A DNA stretch of 64,000 nucleotides, from positions 19,742,428-19,806,427 of the forward strand of contig JAUZTB010000033.1 of assembly GCA_034780895.1 (NCBI GenBank), given 5' to 3'. Position numbers and translations under genes: made by a program. How positions within the stretch are numbered: position 1 is the stretch's first letter; each line of letters starts with the position of its first letter. This document shows, piece by piece, positions 50,371 to 63,625 of the stretch. The notes under the pieces were generated by a model. The model was given only the letters and a program-made list of their open reading frames with translations. It ran no database searches and was not told the DNA's origin. Source of the stretch: Rhynchobatus australiae (taxonomy: Eukaryota).

Positions 50371-51719
50371 ACTGGCAGTGAATATAAAAGAGGCAAATTA
50401 AATCTTCACTTTTTACTATCAATAATTGATTATTAAACAGTTTTTAAACAAATCAGCAGGTAAATCATGATCAAGATATACTTCTTCCATCTTCTCAGCA
50501 GAGGTGCCATCGTGTGTCCCACACTATTTTCTTTCGTCCTCATTTATTTATTGATGATATTTGTCAGCCAGTCCTTATTGTTCTAGTCAACGTGCTCTGT
50601 GCTCTTTACTTCAGGCCAGCTACCTTATAATTACATCATTTTCTTAGGAAGAGGCTGAGGCTACAAAATTCCTGGCACAAGAGTGGCAAAGGAAACCTTA
50701 TCCATCCAGCTTGAAGTCAGACAATAGGTTGCAATTCCCATTGATGGCGCAAGTAGAACAGGCACGTGGCACTCGGCAGGACTCTCATATCTCCTCAGTA
50801 CACCCGCCAGCGAGTAAAGCAGACACTGGCAATCTGCTTGATCGTCACTAGCTGTCAGTCTGGGGAAGAACTGGGAATCAAGTTTTCACACCCAACAAAG
50901 CCCTTTTGTCTGTTGAAAGGTCATTAATCTGAAACACCATCCGCGATTCTCCCTGCACAGATGCTACCTGATTTGCTGAGTATTACCAGCATTTTCTTTC
51001 TCTATTTCAGATCCCACCCTCAACATTCTGTTACTTTTTGGAGCTGTTTTATCTTTTCAATGCAAAATAAAGGGTTCCTTCCTGATTACTCCTGCAAAGA
51101 TTTCAAAAGGTTTCAACAGATTCAGAATCAATGATACTGAATTTCAGTAGCTAAATTCAAACTGCATACTTATGACATCTTGATGACTGAAAGAGCAGGC
51201 TTGAAGGGCCAAATGGCCTTCTCCTGATTTCATTTCTTCTGCTTTCATGTCAACCCTTCTCCCATTGTTCTGATTGTCTGTTCTTGCTCAAGTATACAGA
51301 AGTAAAATGCTCTCAACCATACCCAGTAACTCTGATTGGGTTACAAAATAAATGTCAAAACAATAATGTCAGAACTTCGCGCATAAAGTTTTATTTATCA
51401 CATTGAAGTAAATCGACTTTGCTGATCCACCAAACTCTCCTTGATGAGCTACTGGATAATAGCTGCAGATAAAAAGGAGGCTTTGTTTTTATATTAGCAT
51501 TTTCCCTGATTTCAGGAGTTTCCAAAGCACCTGATGCCGAATGAAGAATCCTTGAGGTGCTGTAATGCAGGAAGCGCAACAGGTAGTTTGCATGTAAGTA
51601 GATCTCACAAAACAACAATGAAGTAAAGTAAAATTTGTTATCAACATGGGATATCAGGAGAAGCCCCTTTGCTTTTCTTGGAACAGTGCAATGGGATTTT
51701 TTAATTTTTTTAATTCCTT

Positions 51720-51925
51720 ATTGTCTGCGTGAGTTTCCTCCTGGTGCTTCGGTTTCCTCCCACATTCCAAAGCCATACGGGTTAGGAAGTTGTGGGCATG
51801 CTATGTTGGCACCGGAAGCGTGGCAACATTTGCAGGCTTACCCCAAAACACTCTACGCAAAAGATGCATTTCACTGTGTGTTTCAATGTACATATGACCA
51901 ATAAAGATATCTCATCTTATCTTAG
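51720..51925 (+). mobile_element. SINE 3' portion
   Basis: TTTCCTCCTGGTGCTTCGGTTTCCTCCCACATTCCAAAG...CATGCTATGTTGGCACCGGAAG...AATAAAGATATCTCATCTTATCTTA. Confidence 0.75.
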
Positions 51926-54259
51926 CCCTGCCTACTGCATACAGCTTTAGGTATTTAGCATACACAGCCTGGCAAGGCAGCTTTGCTAGGTTGGCATATA
52001 ATTTTTAAGGATACATAATGCTGCTCTGACATGCCCTTCTGCAACCCTTATTGAACCAGGTTTGGAAGAGGGAGGGATATACCAGACGCTGAGCTGCAGG
52101 ACTGTAGTTTGATAGTACACGAGGGAGTGTTTGGCCAGTTCAAGCCGTGTGGGTGGTAGAGCAGATGGGATTGGCCAGTCACGGAGAAGGTAGGAATGAG
52201 CTTTTTGAGCCAAAAGAAACACTCCCCTGGTCCACAAATAATGCAAGGGCAGTGAGTTTACAGATTGGGCCTTCCTCACCTCCTGGTATCTGGCACAATT
52301 CCTGAGACCCCAAAAAACTCTGCTGAACTAAGTAAATAATAAAAACATAATATGTAACATCTATAAAAATGTAACATGTAACCTCTTTAAGTTTTGATGG
52401 ATTGACCTGTCTCCTAGGAGCAAGTTTGTTGCCTACCACACACACAGACCGAAGTAACTGATCTGGGATTGGTGCAATTTTAAACATTTTTACTTCTCAT
52501 CCTCCCCAAAACCACCAGGTCCAGTTTAAAATTACCACCCTTAAGTCAAACTCAGTTTGGTTCTGGGAAGATAGTTCAATTGTTGCATAAGGTATGCAGA
52601 GCTGAATAATAATTTTGAAGTAAATATATTGTATTTAAAGGTTTGTAGGCATAGACTACCCTGTTTATTGAGCATAAAATGGGTGCAAAGTATAGTCTCA
52701 TTGCTAAATTCATCAGAGATTTTGTTCACATACCACAGTGAACAATTACAAAAAGAGTTAGGCTACTTAAAGATGCATTTCACTGTGTGTTTCAATGTAC
52801 ATGTGACTAATAATGATATCTTATCTTATTAAATATGTAAAAAAAAATTGGCAGCAGATCTATGTCCTAAGGTTACTTCATGGCTTTTGTTTCTGCCTAC
52901 AAAATACACATTGAAAACCTTAAGGAATGATTAAGTTGCCCTCTTCCATACTTGCATAGGGATGCTGCTGGCCAACCAGGAGGCCCCAAAATGATACCTC
53001 AGTCAGGGGAGGAGCCTTTGGCAGGAAGACGAACTCTGGCAGTTCATGCTGTGTTTGTAAATGATGTTCAGAGACCAATTTTTATTGATCTTCACATCTC
53101 TTGCTTTGAGCATATGCTACTAGCACAAGACTATGTCTGGGGCCCAGACGCGCTTCTAGGCTGTTGATCGAGAAGACAATGCTTATTGGCATAGAAAGAG
53201 ATGAAAGGACATCATAAAACATGAAGAAAAGCTCTGGTCAGTGCAGATTCTGGTAACTGGACGAAGTACAAAGAACAGCAGAATGAGAAAAGTGCCACAA
53301 AATGAAAGGATGAAAAGAAACTTGCCAGAGACATCAAATCATCCCAAATTATTTTTAAAATTCTATTATCAAAATGAGAATGGCCACAAGCAAAGTGGGT
53401 CCCTTAAAAGTAGAAGTAGTTGATCATGCAAATAAAAAGAAGGTAATGGAGTGCATGTTGAATGGCTTACTTTGCATTAATGTACAATATCAAACAAGGA
53501 CAGAGTTCCGTATATTCTGAGAAAATAGGGAGTCACCAAATTTCAACTAACCAAAAAAAAGTGAAAATGAAAATAAAGACACCAAACTGGGACATGTTCA
53601 CAGGATCAGATGGCCTGGAAAAAGGAAGTCCTGACTATAATTTTCCAAAGTTTCCTTGACTTGAGAACCATTCCTTTTAGTTTGGAAAATTGCAGATGTA
53701 ACTCTACCGTTTGAAAAATAAGAGAGGACAAACAGACAGGTTAAACATTTTTACTTCTGTTTTTATTTTGCAGGATGTGAACATTGCTGGGAATGGTGGC
53801 ATTTATTGTCCATTTCAAATTGCTCCTGAAGTGAGGACACACTTCACAGTCAACCAGGGGGCCAGGATTTATGTATAAACCAGACTGGTAAGGACACAGG
53901 ATTTCCTTTCCTGAAGGATATTAATGAACTAGTGCAGTTTTTACAACAATCCAGTAATTTCAATGTTGTCAATACTATCAGTGTTACAATCCAGTAGTTT
54001 CGATATTATCAATAGCCTTTTGCTTTATAGATTTCAGATTTATTTAATTGTGGGAATTGAAATTCCTGGGTGCTGTAGTGGGATTTGAGCATCAAAGAGG
54101 TGAATCTCTGTGCATGTGCTTGTGAGTTTCACCTTGCAGAGTCAGGAGTTGGAGTGAGTTTTGGAATGGGACCTTTGAAAAGAGGTAAGTCTCTGTGCCT
54201 GTGCTTGTGAGTTTCGCCTTGCAAGAGTCTAAATAAGGTACATTTGCAAATTGTTACCA

Positions 54260-57050
54260 GCTGATTGGCTTATTAACAGCAGCAAATAAAGGGAAGGCAG
54301 GTATGAGCAGAGTGGCCATTTTATGAGAGGTCATTGTGTCAGTGGACCAGTGTTAGAGTGGGGTTATTTGAGGCTTTGGTGAGAAGAGGTGATGGTTAGT
54401 CTCTTGTACCTTTCTTGCTTGCTTTGGTGTTTCCTTTAGTGCCAGGCCAGAATAGTGAGAATGGCTGCAGGGTCAGTGGTGTGTTCAGCTTGTGAGATGT
54501 GGGAGTTCTGGGAGACCATCCAGTTTCCCTGCAGCTCCTTGCAGACTGTGTTAAGGAACTGGAACTGTAGCTGGATGACCTTTGGTTCCAATGGGATAAT
54601 GGTGAGTTCATAGATAAGGCAGTCACGCTGAGGCAGCAGGAGGCAGGTGAGCTGGGTGACTGTCAGGAGAAGGATGAAGAATAGGCAGGTAGTGCAGAGT
54701 ACCCCTGTGGCTGTTCCCCTCAATAACAGGTGTACTGCTTTGGATGCTACTGGGGGAGATGACCTACCAGGGAAAAGCTGCAGTGACCAGGTCTCTGGCA
54801 CTGAGCCTGGTTGTGTGATGCAGAAGAGGAGGGTGATAGGGGATTCCATAGTAAGGGGGGGGCAGACAGGAGATTCTGTGGATGTGAAAGAGGCTCCCAA
54901 ATTGTATGCTGCCTCCTGGGTGCCAGGGTTAAGGACATCTCAGATCAGGTCCACGGTATTCTGAAGGGGGAGGGTGAACGGCCAGAGATAATGTTACATA
55001 TTGGTACCAATGATATACGTAGGAAAAGAGATGAGGTACTGAAGAGGGAATACAGGAAGCTGAAAAGCAGGACTTCAAAGGTATTAATCTCTGGATTGCT
55101 GCCTGTGCCATGTGCCAGTGAGGTTAAGAACAGGATGATTTGGCAGGTGTGGCTAAGGAATTGGGGCAGGGTTTCAGATTAGTTTATCATTGGGATCTCT
55201 TCTAGGGAAGGGATGGGTTACACCTGAACTGGAGGGGGTCCAATATTCTTGTGGGCAGGTTTGCTAGAACTATTGGGGAAGGTTTAAGTTAGTTTGGCAG
55301 GGGGATGGGAACCACAGTGATTGGCCAAAGGTTGGTGTATTTAGTGCACAAGTAGATGCAGGGTTTAGCAAGACTGTGAGGAAGGGCATGCATTTAAAAG
55401 GATCAGATAGAGCCCTTGAGGAATATAGGGTAGCAAGGAAGGAACTTAAGAAGGTGACACAAAAAGGCCTTGGTGAGTAGGGTTAAGGAGAATCCCAAGG
55501 CTTTTTCCATGTACGTGAAGAGCAGAAGGATGACGAGAGTAAAGGTAGGACCGATTAAAGACAAAGGTGGGACGATGTGCCTGGAAGCTATGGAAGTGGG
55601 TGAAGTCTTCAATGAATACTTCAGTATTCACCAAAGGATAATGTTCTAGAGCATGTAGATGACAAGAGGGGATGTGTTGGAGCTATTAGAAAATCCTAGG
55701 ACAGAAGTCCCTAGGTTCTGATGGAATATTCCCCAGGCTGCTTTACAAGGTGAGGGAAGAGATTGCTGAACTGTTGGCTAGGATCTTTGAGTCCTTGTCG
55801 TCCATGGGAATGGTACTGGAGAATTGGAGGGTGGCAAATGATGTCCCCTTATTCAAAAAAGGTTGTAGGGATAGTCCAGGGAATTACAGGCCAGTGAGCC
55901 TTATGTCTGTGGTGGGCAAACTGTTAGAGAGATTATATGAGCATTTAGAGAATTATGGACTGATTAGGGACAGCCAGCATAGCTTTGTGAAGGGAAGGTC
56001 TTGCCTCACAGGGAAGGCTCTTTGAGGAGGTGACCCGGAATATTTAGGAGGTGTAGTAGATGTGGTCTACATGGATTTTAGTAAGGTGTTTGACAAGGTT
56101 GACATGTAGGCTTCTTCATAAGGTCGGAGGGATAGGTGGAGGAGTAGAGAGTTTTGACGAGACAAGAAGGTTGCAGAGAGACCTAGATAGTTTAGAAGAT
56201 TGGGAAAGGAAATGGCAGATGAGATTCAATGTTGAGAAATGAGCTGTTGTACACTTTGGAAACAGAAATAAATGGGCAGATTATTATCAAGAAGGGGAGA
56301 AAATTCAAAGTACAGAAGTACAAAGGGACCTGGGGGGGGCATACTCGTGCAGGGTACTCTAAAGGTAAGTCACCAGGTCGGATCAGTGGTAAGGAAAGCG
56401 AATGCTGTGTTGACATTCATTTTGAGAGGTAGTGTATAAAAGTAAGGAAGTGTTGATGAGGCTCTGCAGGGCACTGGTGAGGCCTCGTTTGGAATACTGT
56501 GTGCAGTTTTGGGCCCCATATCCTAGGAAGGATGTGCTGATGGAAAGGGTTCAGAGGAGATTTGAGGATGATTCCTGGAATGAAAGGGCCTACATTTGAT
56601 GAGTGTTTGTTGGCCCTTGGACTGTATTCACTGGAGTACAGAAGAATGAGAGGGGACCTCACAGAAACATTTAAAATGTTGAAAGGAATAGAAAGTAGAT
56701 GTGGCCAAGCTGTTTCCCTTGGTGGGTGAGTCCAGGACCAGGGGGTACAATCTTAGAATTAGAGGGTACAGGTTTAAAATGGATGAGGAGAGATTTTTTT
56801 AGCCAGAGGGCTAATTCCTTGCCACGTACAGCAGTGGAAGCTAGTTCACTGGGGACATTTAATGAGGAGATAGACAGATAATTAGTTAAGGTATCAAGGG
56901 ATATGGGGATAAGGCCAGAAATTGGGGTTAACTTTTTTCTCTTAACCTTTTCCCCTTTTCTTGCCCCCCCCCAACTTCTCATTTCCTTTTTCCCCTTTGG
57001 AGTGGACCCGATGGGCTGAATGGCCTACTTCTGCTCTCCTGTGATCTTTA
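54260..57050 (+). mobile_element. CR1 LINE retaining 5' UTR, ORF1 (zinc finger plus SGNH esterase) and an internally deleted ORF2
   Basis: ATG 54461 begins MAAGSVVCSACEMWE. Esterase motifs: VIGDSIVRG and HIGTND. RT motifs: PGNYRPVSLMSVVGKLLE, SQHSFVKGRSCLT, KWQMRFNVEK. 3' UTR ATGGGCTGAATGGCCTACTTCTGCTC. Confidence 0.92.
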
Positions 57051-58179
57051 AGTATCTCTGAGATACTTGGTCCATATAAATTAAATAGCAAGATTTTCAA
57101 ATAATTTACAAAATAAAGTTAATTGAATCAAGTGTTTTGTGTTTTAATTAAAAGTATTAAATTAAAGAAATTAAAGCAAATGAGAGCCTCCAGGGCCAGA
57201 ATCCCTATCAATGGTGATAGGATTTCAGATCCTCCTGCAGGTCTGACCTGGTGCATAGTCTCAGTGGTGATTCCCCAGTGTAACACTGAGATCCCAGCAA
57301 TACTGAGCTTGGTTGCTGGACTTCAGAGATAGTGACGGATTTGACCTCTGCATCTTTCATTAGGTCCCAGAACTGCATAAACGGAGGACTGAGCTCCGTT
57401 TGAATGGCTGAATATCACCATTCCATGATGGTAGCTCTTAACCTCACAGCAAGTAAGTATGAAATTGAATGACATCCATCAGGCTTCCAGACATGTGCAT
57501 TGAACCACAAGTCTGAAACATCCTTGAGGTTAGTTGCTGACATGTCTGATTTTCTACTCCACTGTTGGACACTGAGTCAAATGGTAGAATGCAGAGGTGC
57601 TAAGGAGAAGGGGAGAAGGGGTGCATGCGCCTTGAATCTAGTCCCTCAGGTTTATGTTGGGTAGGACCAATGTATGAATGGTGACTCCATTCACTTGAAT
57701 GTGGATCTGCTTTGTAGCCTGGACTATACCAAGACACCAATAGATGTTCAGCTGGCATGATGCTGAATGTAAATGAATGTTGGTGGACCATAGCAGGAAA
57801 ATAAACTCACCAACTATTCCAATTATTGCTTTAAAAAAAACACCTTGGGGTTGAAGTTCTAAACAGCCTGAATGGTCATAACTATTTTCAGAACATTTAT
57901 CACTATATTGTTATGCTAAATAGTTATCCATTCACAACTACGTAGCAGACCTTTACAAATATCATAACAAGTGTTAGATGCATATCCATTCATTCTGTAA
58001 TTATGGGCTGTGCTTTCAGCTCAGTAAGGTACGAAAAAAAATCTGTCTTGGAATTACTTGGCAAAGTACAGTTCAAGTGCCCCCCAGTACTTTTATTACA
58101 CATAGAGGGGAGACGAGTGAGGAAATGAAAAAGTCCTGGTCCTGCCACAAGGATGAGGTCTGACCTCTTTTGCTATTAG

Positions 58180-58830
58180 TATCCTATCTGGATGCATCAC
58201 NNNNNNNNNNNNNNNNNNNNNNNNNNNNNNNNNNNNNNNNNNNNNNNNNNNNNNNNNNNNNNNNNNNNNNNNNNNNNNNNNNNNNNNNNNNNNNNNNNNN
58301 AAGCATCCTATCTGGATGCATCACAGCTTGGTATGGCAACTGCTCTGCCTAGGATGGCAAGAAACTGCAGTGAGTTGTGGACGCAGCTCAGTACATCCCA
58401 GAAACCTGCCTCCCCTCCGTGGACTCTGTCTACACTTCTCACTGCCTCGGAAAACCAGCCAGCATAATTAAAGACCCTACCCACCCTGGGCATTCTCTTC
58501 TCTCACCTCCCATTGGGGAGAAGACACTAAAGCCTGAAATTGCAATGCAATCAGGCTCAAGGACAGCTTCTAACCTGCTGTGATAAGACTATTTATTGGT
58601 TCCCTAGTACGGTAAGATAGATTCTTGACCTCAATCTACCTCATTATGGTCTCGCACCTTATTGTCTGTCTGCACTTCACTTTCTATGCAACTGTTTATT
58701 CTGCATTCTGTATTGTTTTCCCTTGTATTCCCTCAATGCACTGTAGCAATGAAAAGATCTGTATGGATGGCATGCAAAACACAGCTTTTCGCTGTACCTC
58801 AGTACATGTGACAATAGTAAACCAATCTGC
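58180..58830 (+). mobile_element. Rex1/Babar-like LINE 3' end
   Basis: SILSGCITAWYGNCSA...ASIIKDPTHPGHSL. Confidence 0.8.
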
Positions 58831-58854
58831 CATTTTACCAATTTCATTAAAAGA

Positions 58855-59060
58855 GCTTGATGGGATCATTTACCTACCTGAACAAACAATTGGGACATTT
58901 GTTTAATATCTCATCCCAAACATGGTATCTCCAACTGTGCATCATTCCCTCAGTCATGTACTGGAGTGTCAACTTGGATTTTTGCATAGATTCCTGGAAT
59001 GGGACTTGAGCCCATGAACTTCTGATTCAGCAGTGATGGTGCTGCCCACTGAGCCACAGA
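58855..59060 (-). mobile_element. SacSINE1-like SINE head
   Basis: Reverse complement GTGGCTCAGTGGGCAGCACC...GAATCAGAAG..GGCTCAAGTCCCATTCCAG...CTCCAGTACATGACTGAGGGAATG. Confidence 0.6.
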
Positions 59061-59499
59061 TAAACAGTATTCCATTCCATCTGTTTGCAACTCCCTGACG
59101 CATTCCCATCTGGGAAAGGAGAGGGTTTGCATCAGCAAAGGGTAAGTATTTATCATCAGCCTACCCCATCTTCCAGTGAACATTTGCTCACAAGCTAAAA
59201 TGTATTCAGGGAAAAGTACAAACTCTGCATTTGTATATCTGTATATTTTCAGATAAAGTATTTAATTTTGTAAAAAAAAATTGTCACTTTTTTGGTCCCG
59301 AAAGGAATCTAGATCCAAGGAAGCTGTCTTTCAATGCACAGAGCTGTCTGTGAGCAAGTGATTTACAAATCTGGTTATGTCGATTCATTGCCCCCTATAC
59401 TAAAGGGGTAAAAATGAATTACTGGTGGAAACTTTTGCAGTACGCTGCACTCAGACAACAGCACAAACATTGGGGCTCTCTAACATTGCGTGACTCTAT

Positions 59500-60800
59500 G
59501 ATTCAGTCCAAGGAAGTCATTTCGCCAGCAAGATACGTTACAGGGTCAATAGTGTAATGATAATCAGTACAATCAGAATTATCACAAACAACATTGATGC
59601 AATCCTGATTCACACATCTTTTCCAGCAGTATAAACAACCTCCCACCACTTAATGATATGTTGTGGAAAGTCGTGGTTGTCAAAAGTTGTCCAACTTACA
59701 ATGACCAAACTTGATATACTCACAACCTTGACAGCTTTGGGTTGAAAATCCACTAGAAGCAAACTTATTCTTGCATAATAGCTGCAGAAGGAAAAGGGGG
59801 AATACTTGTACCTGTTATTTACTTTTAATCCTTACTCTCTTTCCCTTCAGACTTGCTTGCAGTATCCCCGCCTTTTATTACATCCTATGTATGGAGAGAG
59901 GAAGAAAGTTCTTTATGTCAGTTGAATTCTACTTCCCTTCTCTGGTAAGGGTGAAGAGTCTCTGGGTAAGATGGTCACCATCCAACATTCCTGCTATGGG
60001 ATACAGTGAAATCATTTATGGATATTAGTAGGGGTGATTTCTGGTTGGTAATTGGTTTAAGTTGCATAAAATGGTACAGTTTTCTTTTGCTCCACCATCA
60101 CCTTGTTCACCTTGATACCTATGGGAAAAGGGGCTCGAAGGATATTGATTCGACTATCATATCTTTTCACCTGATACCCAAAGTTCCTTCAGTGGGCTTT
60201 GCATTTGTATTAGAGTGCATTTTGCTTACCCTGTTTGAGCCAGTACAGTTTGCAATTGGCTCATCTCAGCTGTTTTCACAATTGCTTCAAGTAGGCTTCA
60301 TGTCACATATCTTGTCACTGAGCTCTGAAAATCAATGTGTAGATGTCTGGCACTACTGCAAATCTGCCAGTCATGATCTTGTGGAGTGAAGTTTTAACAG
60401 GTCTGTGATAGGATGGAACTTTGAACCACAGGGCCTCGGGATAATAGGTGGTCCAAGTTTTCGGTTGATTGGGGAACTAACACTGGGATGTTTAGACAGC
60501 TCGTTCCTAAAGAAGTGGAATTATGTGCAATGTAGAATCTCATTTTAACCTCCACTGCAGCATTCTCAAACAATGTAGTAGTTTCACGAACATTCTCTGT
60601 CAGACAAAGGTCTCAATATGTGAATAGTAAATGTGCTGTATTGTAAATAAACCACCACCACTACTATGGATATACAGGTATTGTCTCAATACATTCTGAA
60701 GATACAATAAACCTGATTCTACATTCTGAATCATAGTTAGACTATTCATGCTCGTCATTATTTTGCCATAATAGGATAGAACTTTCTAGTGGTCACACAT
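59500..60800 (-). pseudogene. Decayed intronless coding-like relic, possibly a type-I membrane (viral envelope-like) glycoprotein
   Basis: Long low-stop minus frames contain sequons NST, NFT, NCT and NST. They end in KWWEVVYTAGKDV*IRIASMLFVIILIVLIIITLLTL*RILLAK. Manual translation only. Confidence 0.3.
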
Positions 60801-61289
60801 GTACAGTTAAACATGGAAGTCAAGAAGTTGTTCTTCCTTCTCTGACCAACAACCATACATGTGCAAAGGCTGGCACACTTATCCACTAGATATGCTCTGA
60901 GACAGCCCAGAAAACATTAAGGCTTATCCATTTAAAGGAAAAATAAATCTTAATTCCTGCTGGGGTGTTCAGAATTTATTTATTCTTGAAGATTTATTTA
61001 ACTTAAGTGGAGCCACAGAAACGCATTAATAATACCTACGAATTAAGTTTACTTCACAGTTCATATGGTTGGTTTGCATTATTCAAGAAGTTGGGAGGTG
61101 TTTGATCTTCTGAAGGTTACATCATACACCTCTATGCTTCTTCAAAGATAGTTGATTAGTAATTAAGGTGGTCCATACCTCCTTGCATCCACTCTTTTTT
61201 CCACTCCTCATTTCCTGGTTTCCCTACATTGTAGTTTCAATCTACAATCCCATCCTGACTCCAAGTATGTGTTCTTGTCATTCATAAAT

Positions 61290-61640
61290 TCAAAGAAATT
61301 TTACAAGCAGGAAGAAGGCTATTAGATAGATACATCCGTACCTATCAACAATGAGCTACCCAGTGTACTTCCACATTCCAGCAGGAGATCAGTTAGCAGG
61401 TCCCAGCTCTTCAGATACACATCCAAGTACAGTTTAAATATGATGAGGTTGTCTGCCTCTATCAGGCAGTGAATTCCAGGCACCTACCACCATCAAGGTG
61501 AACACATTTTTCGTCATCTCGCCTCCAATCTTTCTACCAATTATTTTATGTTCCCTGGTTTTGACACCTCTCTGCTATTTACTCACAATTTTATGCACCT
61601 CAATCAAGTCTTCTCTCAGCTTTTTCTCTGTTCCAAAGAA
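61290..61640 (-). mobile_element. Old CR1 3' fragment
   Basis: GGCAGTGAATTCCAGGCACCTACCACC...AATTTTATGCACCTCAATCAAGTC, the reverse complement of a CR1 3' region. Confidence 0.55.
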
Positions 61641-61659
61641 AGCGACACTATCTTTCTCA

Positions 61660-61870
61660 AAATAAAAACAGAACATGCTGGGAATATTGCAGTAAGTCAG
61701 GCAGCACCAGTGGAGAGAGAAACAGGGTTAATGTTTCAGGTCAATGACCTGTCATCAGAACTGGAAACGTTCCCTGTTTCTCTCTCCACAGATACTGCTG
61801 GATTTGTTGAGTATTTACAGCATTTTCTGTTTCCAGTTCAGATTTCTAGCATTTGCAGTTTTGTTATTTT
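61660..61870. mobile_element. Palindromic MITE-like element (second copy)
   Basis: Same family and inverted-arm structure as 38230-38440. Confidence 0.75.
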
Positions 61871-62049
61871 CCTGGCATGTTGAGTCTTTCCACGTAGCTA
61901 TTACTTTCTGGGAATGGAAACATCCTCATGAGTTTCTTCTGAAGGTTTATCACTCCATTCAAGATTCGGTTTGCACTGAGCATCACATGGTTAGCAAGTA
62001 AAGTCTCCTAAACGTAGCTGATTTTCTGCCTGCCCTGTTCCTTTGATTG

Positions 62050-62800
62050 CAGGGCAACTGTTTCAGGAAAAAATCTCATGAATTATTCACAGAAGACAAA
62101 GGGATGTATTGTCCTCTTCACAGTCAAGCCCTTGAAGTCTAGGATGACTTGGATGCACTCCAATTCAGTCAGTTCCAAGGTGAATAATATATCCCGTGTG
62201 GGATTTGCAGCTTGCCAAAGAAGGGACATGTGGAATTTGACAGAGTGGATTGGACCGTCGTAAACTCCTGCTGCCTTTGCCTGGCTTCCACATGCTCCCA
62301 TCGGAGAGGTGAAATGCTTTGTGCCTTCCCAGACACTTCTCCACCAACGTGGTCACAATGAAGCATTTCTCTTCTGTTCTTCTGAAAATTACTTGGAACT
62401 CAGAGTTGAGTGCTTGCTTCACAAGTCTGATATCAGGCATGTGGACGATGTGGCCTGGCCATCGGAACTAATAGAGTGCGGTCAGAGACTCGACATTTGG
62501 GGACATAGGCCTGGGAGATGACACTGACGTGGGTTCAACTATCCTGTTGATGGGCTTGTAGCATTTTGCTGAGTCAACATTGATGGTATCACTCCAGTTC
62601 TTTGAGGCGCTCTGTCTAAGTTGGTGGACTTCACATATAGGAGGGTAGGGATCATGGCTGCTTGGTAGACATTGGTGAATTTCATTAATGATCAAATTTG
62701 CGATGGCAATGATGAATTTCATCACTAAGAGTACATGTTGACCAGGGTTCATTATTGATCTTGCTTACCAGGGGCAGGTGGATGAAGGACCTTTTTTTCT
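62050..62800 (-). mobile_element. Degraded RTE-type LINE 3' part
   Basis: GHIVHMPDIRLVKQAL-like segment (ORF 62165..62440), typical of the RTE C-terminus. Confidence 0.55.
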
Positions 62801-63625
62801 TCTAGATGAATTAGTCTAAAGTCCATCCTACTGGAGATTTCAGTGAAGGAATCATGGACAATCTTATTGTATATGTAATTATTAGGCAGTGTGAGTTAAG
62901 TGCAGACACAAGTCACAGCATTTGCTTACAGAAGAAAATAGTGCAACTGGATTTGAATTAATGCCTGAGCCAAAATAGAAATTTGTAACAGGCATGAACT
63001 CTTGAACTGAGGGCATGTACTTGAGCTATAAAAAACACAGGTAGTTTAAACTTAACAAGTTAGAATTTTCACATCAGGACTGATTGCCAGTGACGAAGGT
63101 TTAACTTTCTTTTTTCCCTCCACAGATGCTGCATGACCTGACCAATATCACCGGGGTTCTATATTTCAGATTTCCAGCTTCTCCCATACATTTTGTATTA
63201 ATTTATGCAGAGGGTTATAACCTCGTGAACCATATTGGGAATCTATTGTGACAAATGGTGCAGGTAAATTTAAAAGAGAATCAGATAGAATTTAAGAAGT
63301 GAATGAGCAATTAGTTTTCGAGATTGGTTAGATGGACTGTGTGTGGTTTTCTGTACCTGCACTTTCCATTGTGTCCAATATTGTAACTAAACAGAATTAT
63401 GGTTTTATCTTGGCTAAATTGAAGATTTCATTTGTGTATTTCTGCCCACATTTACTTTAGTCAGTGCCACACTGTAGGGTTAGTGAGAACTATGAATTTG
63501 AGAGTATGCTAATCTAAACCTTTTTAAATATTACTTTAAAAATATTGAAAAATGAGATTCATTTCAGAACCTGTGAATTCAGACTGGAGACTTTTATCTG
63601 CAGAGCTGCTTCTAATATGTACCTA

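Noticed and set aside
59540-60500. Loose resemblance to coronavirus nsp8-nsp10 (LNI, FTxxxxxWxI, CLYC...DPV)
   Set aside because: Only short motifs match, zinc ligands are incomplete, and no slippery site or RdRp follows. Sequons and a TM helix favour a glycoprotein.
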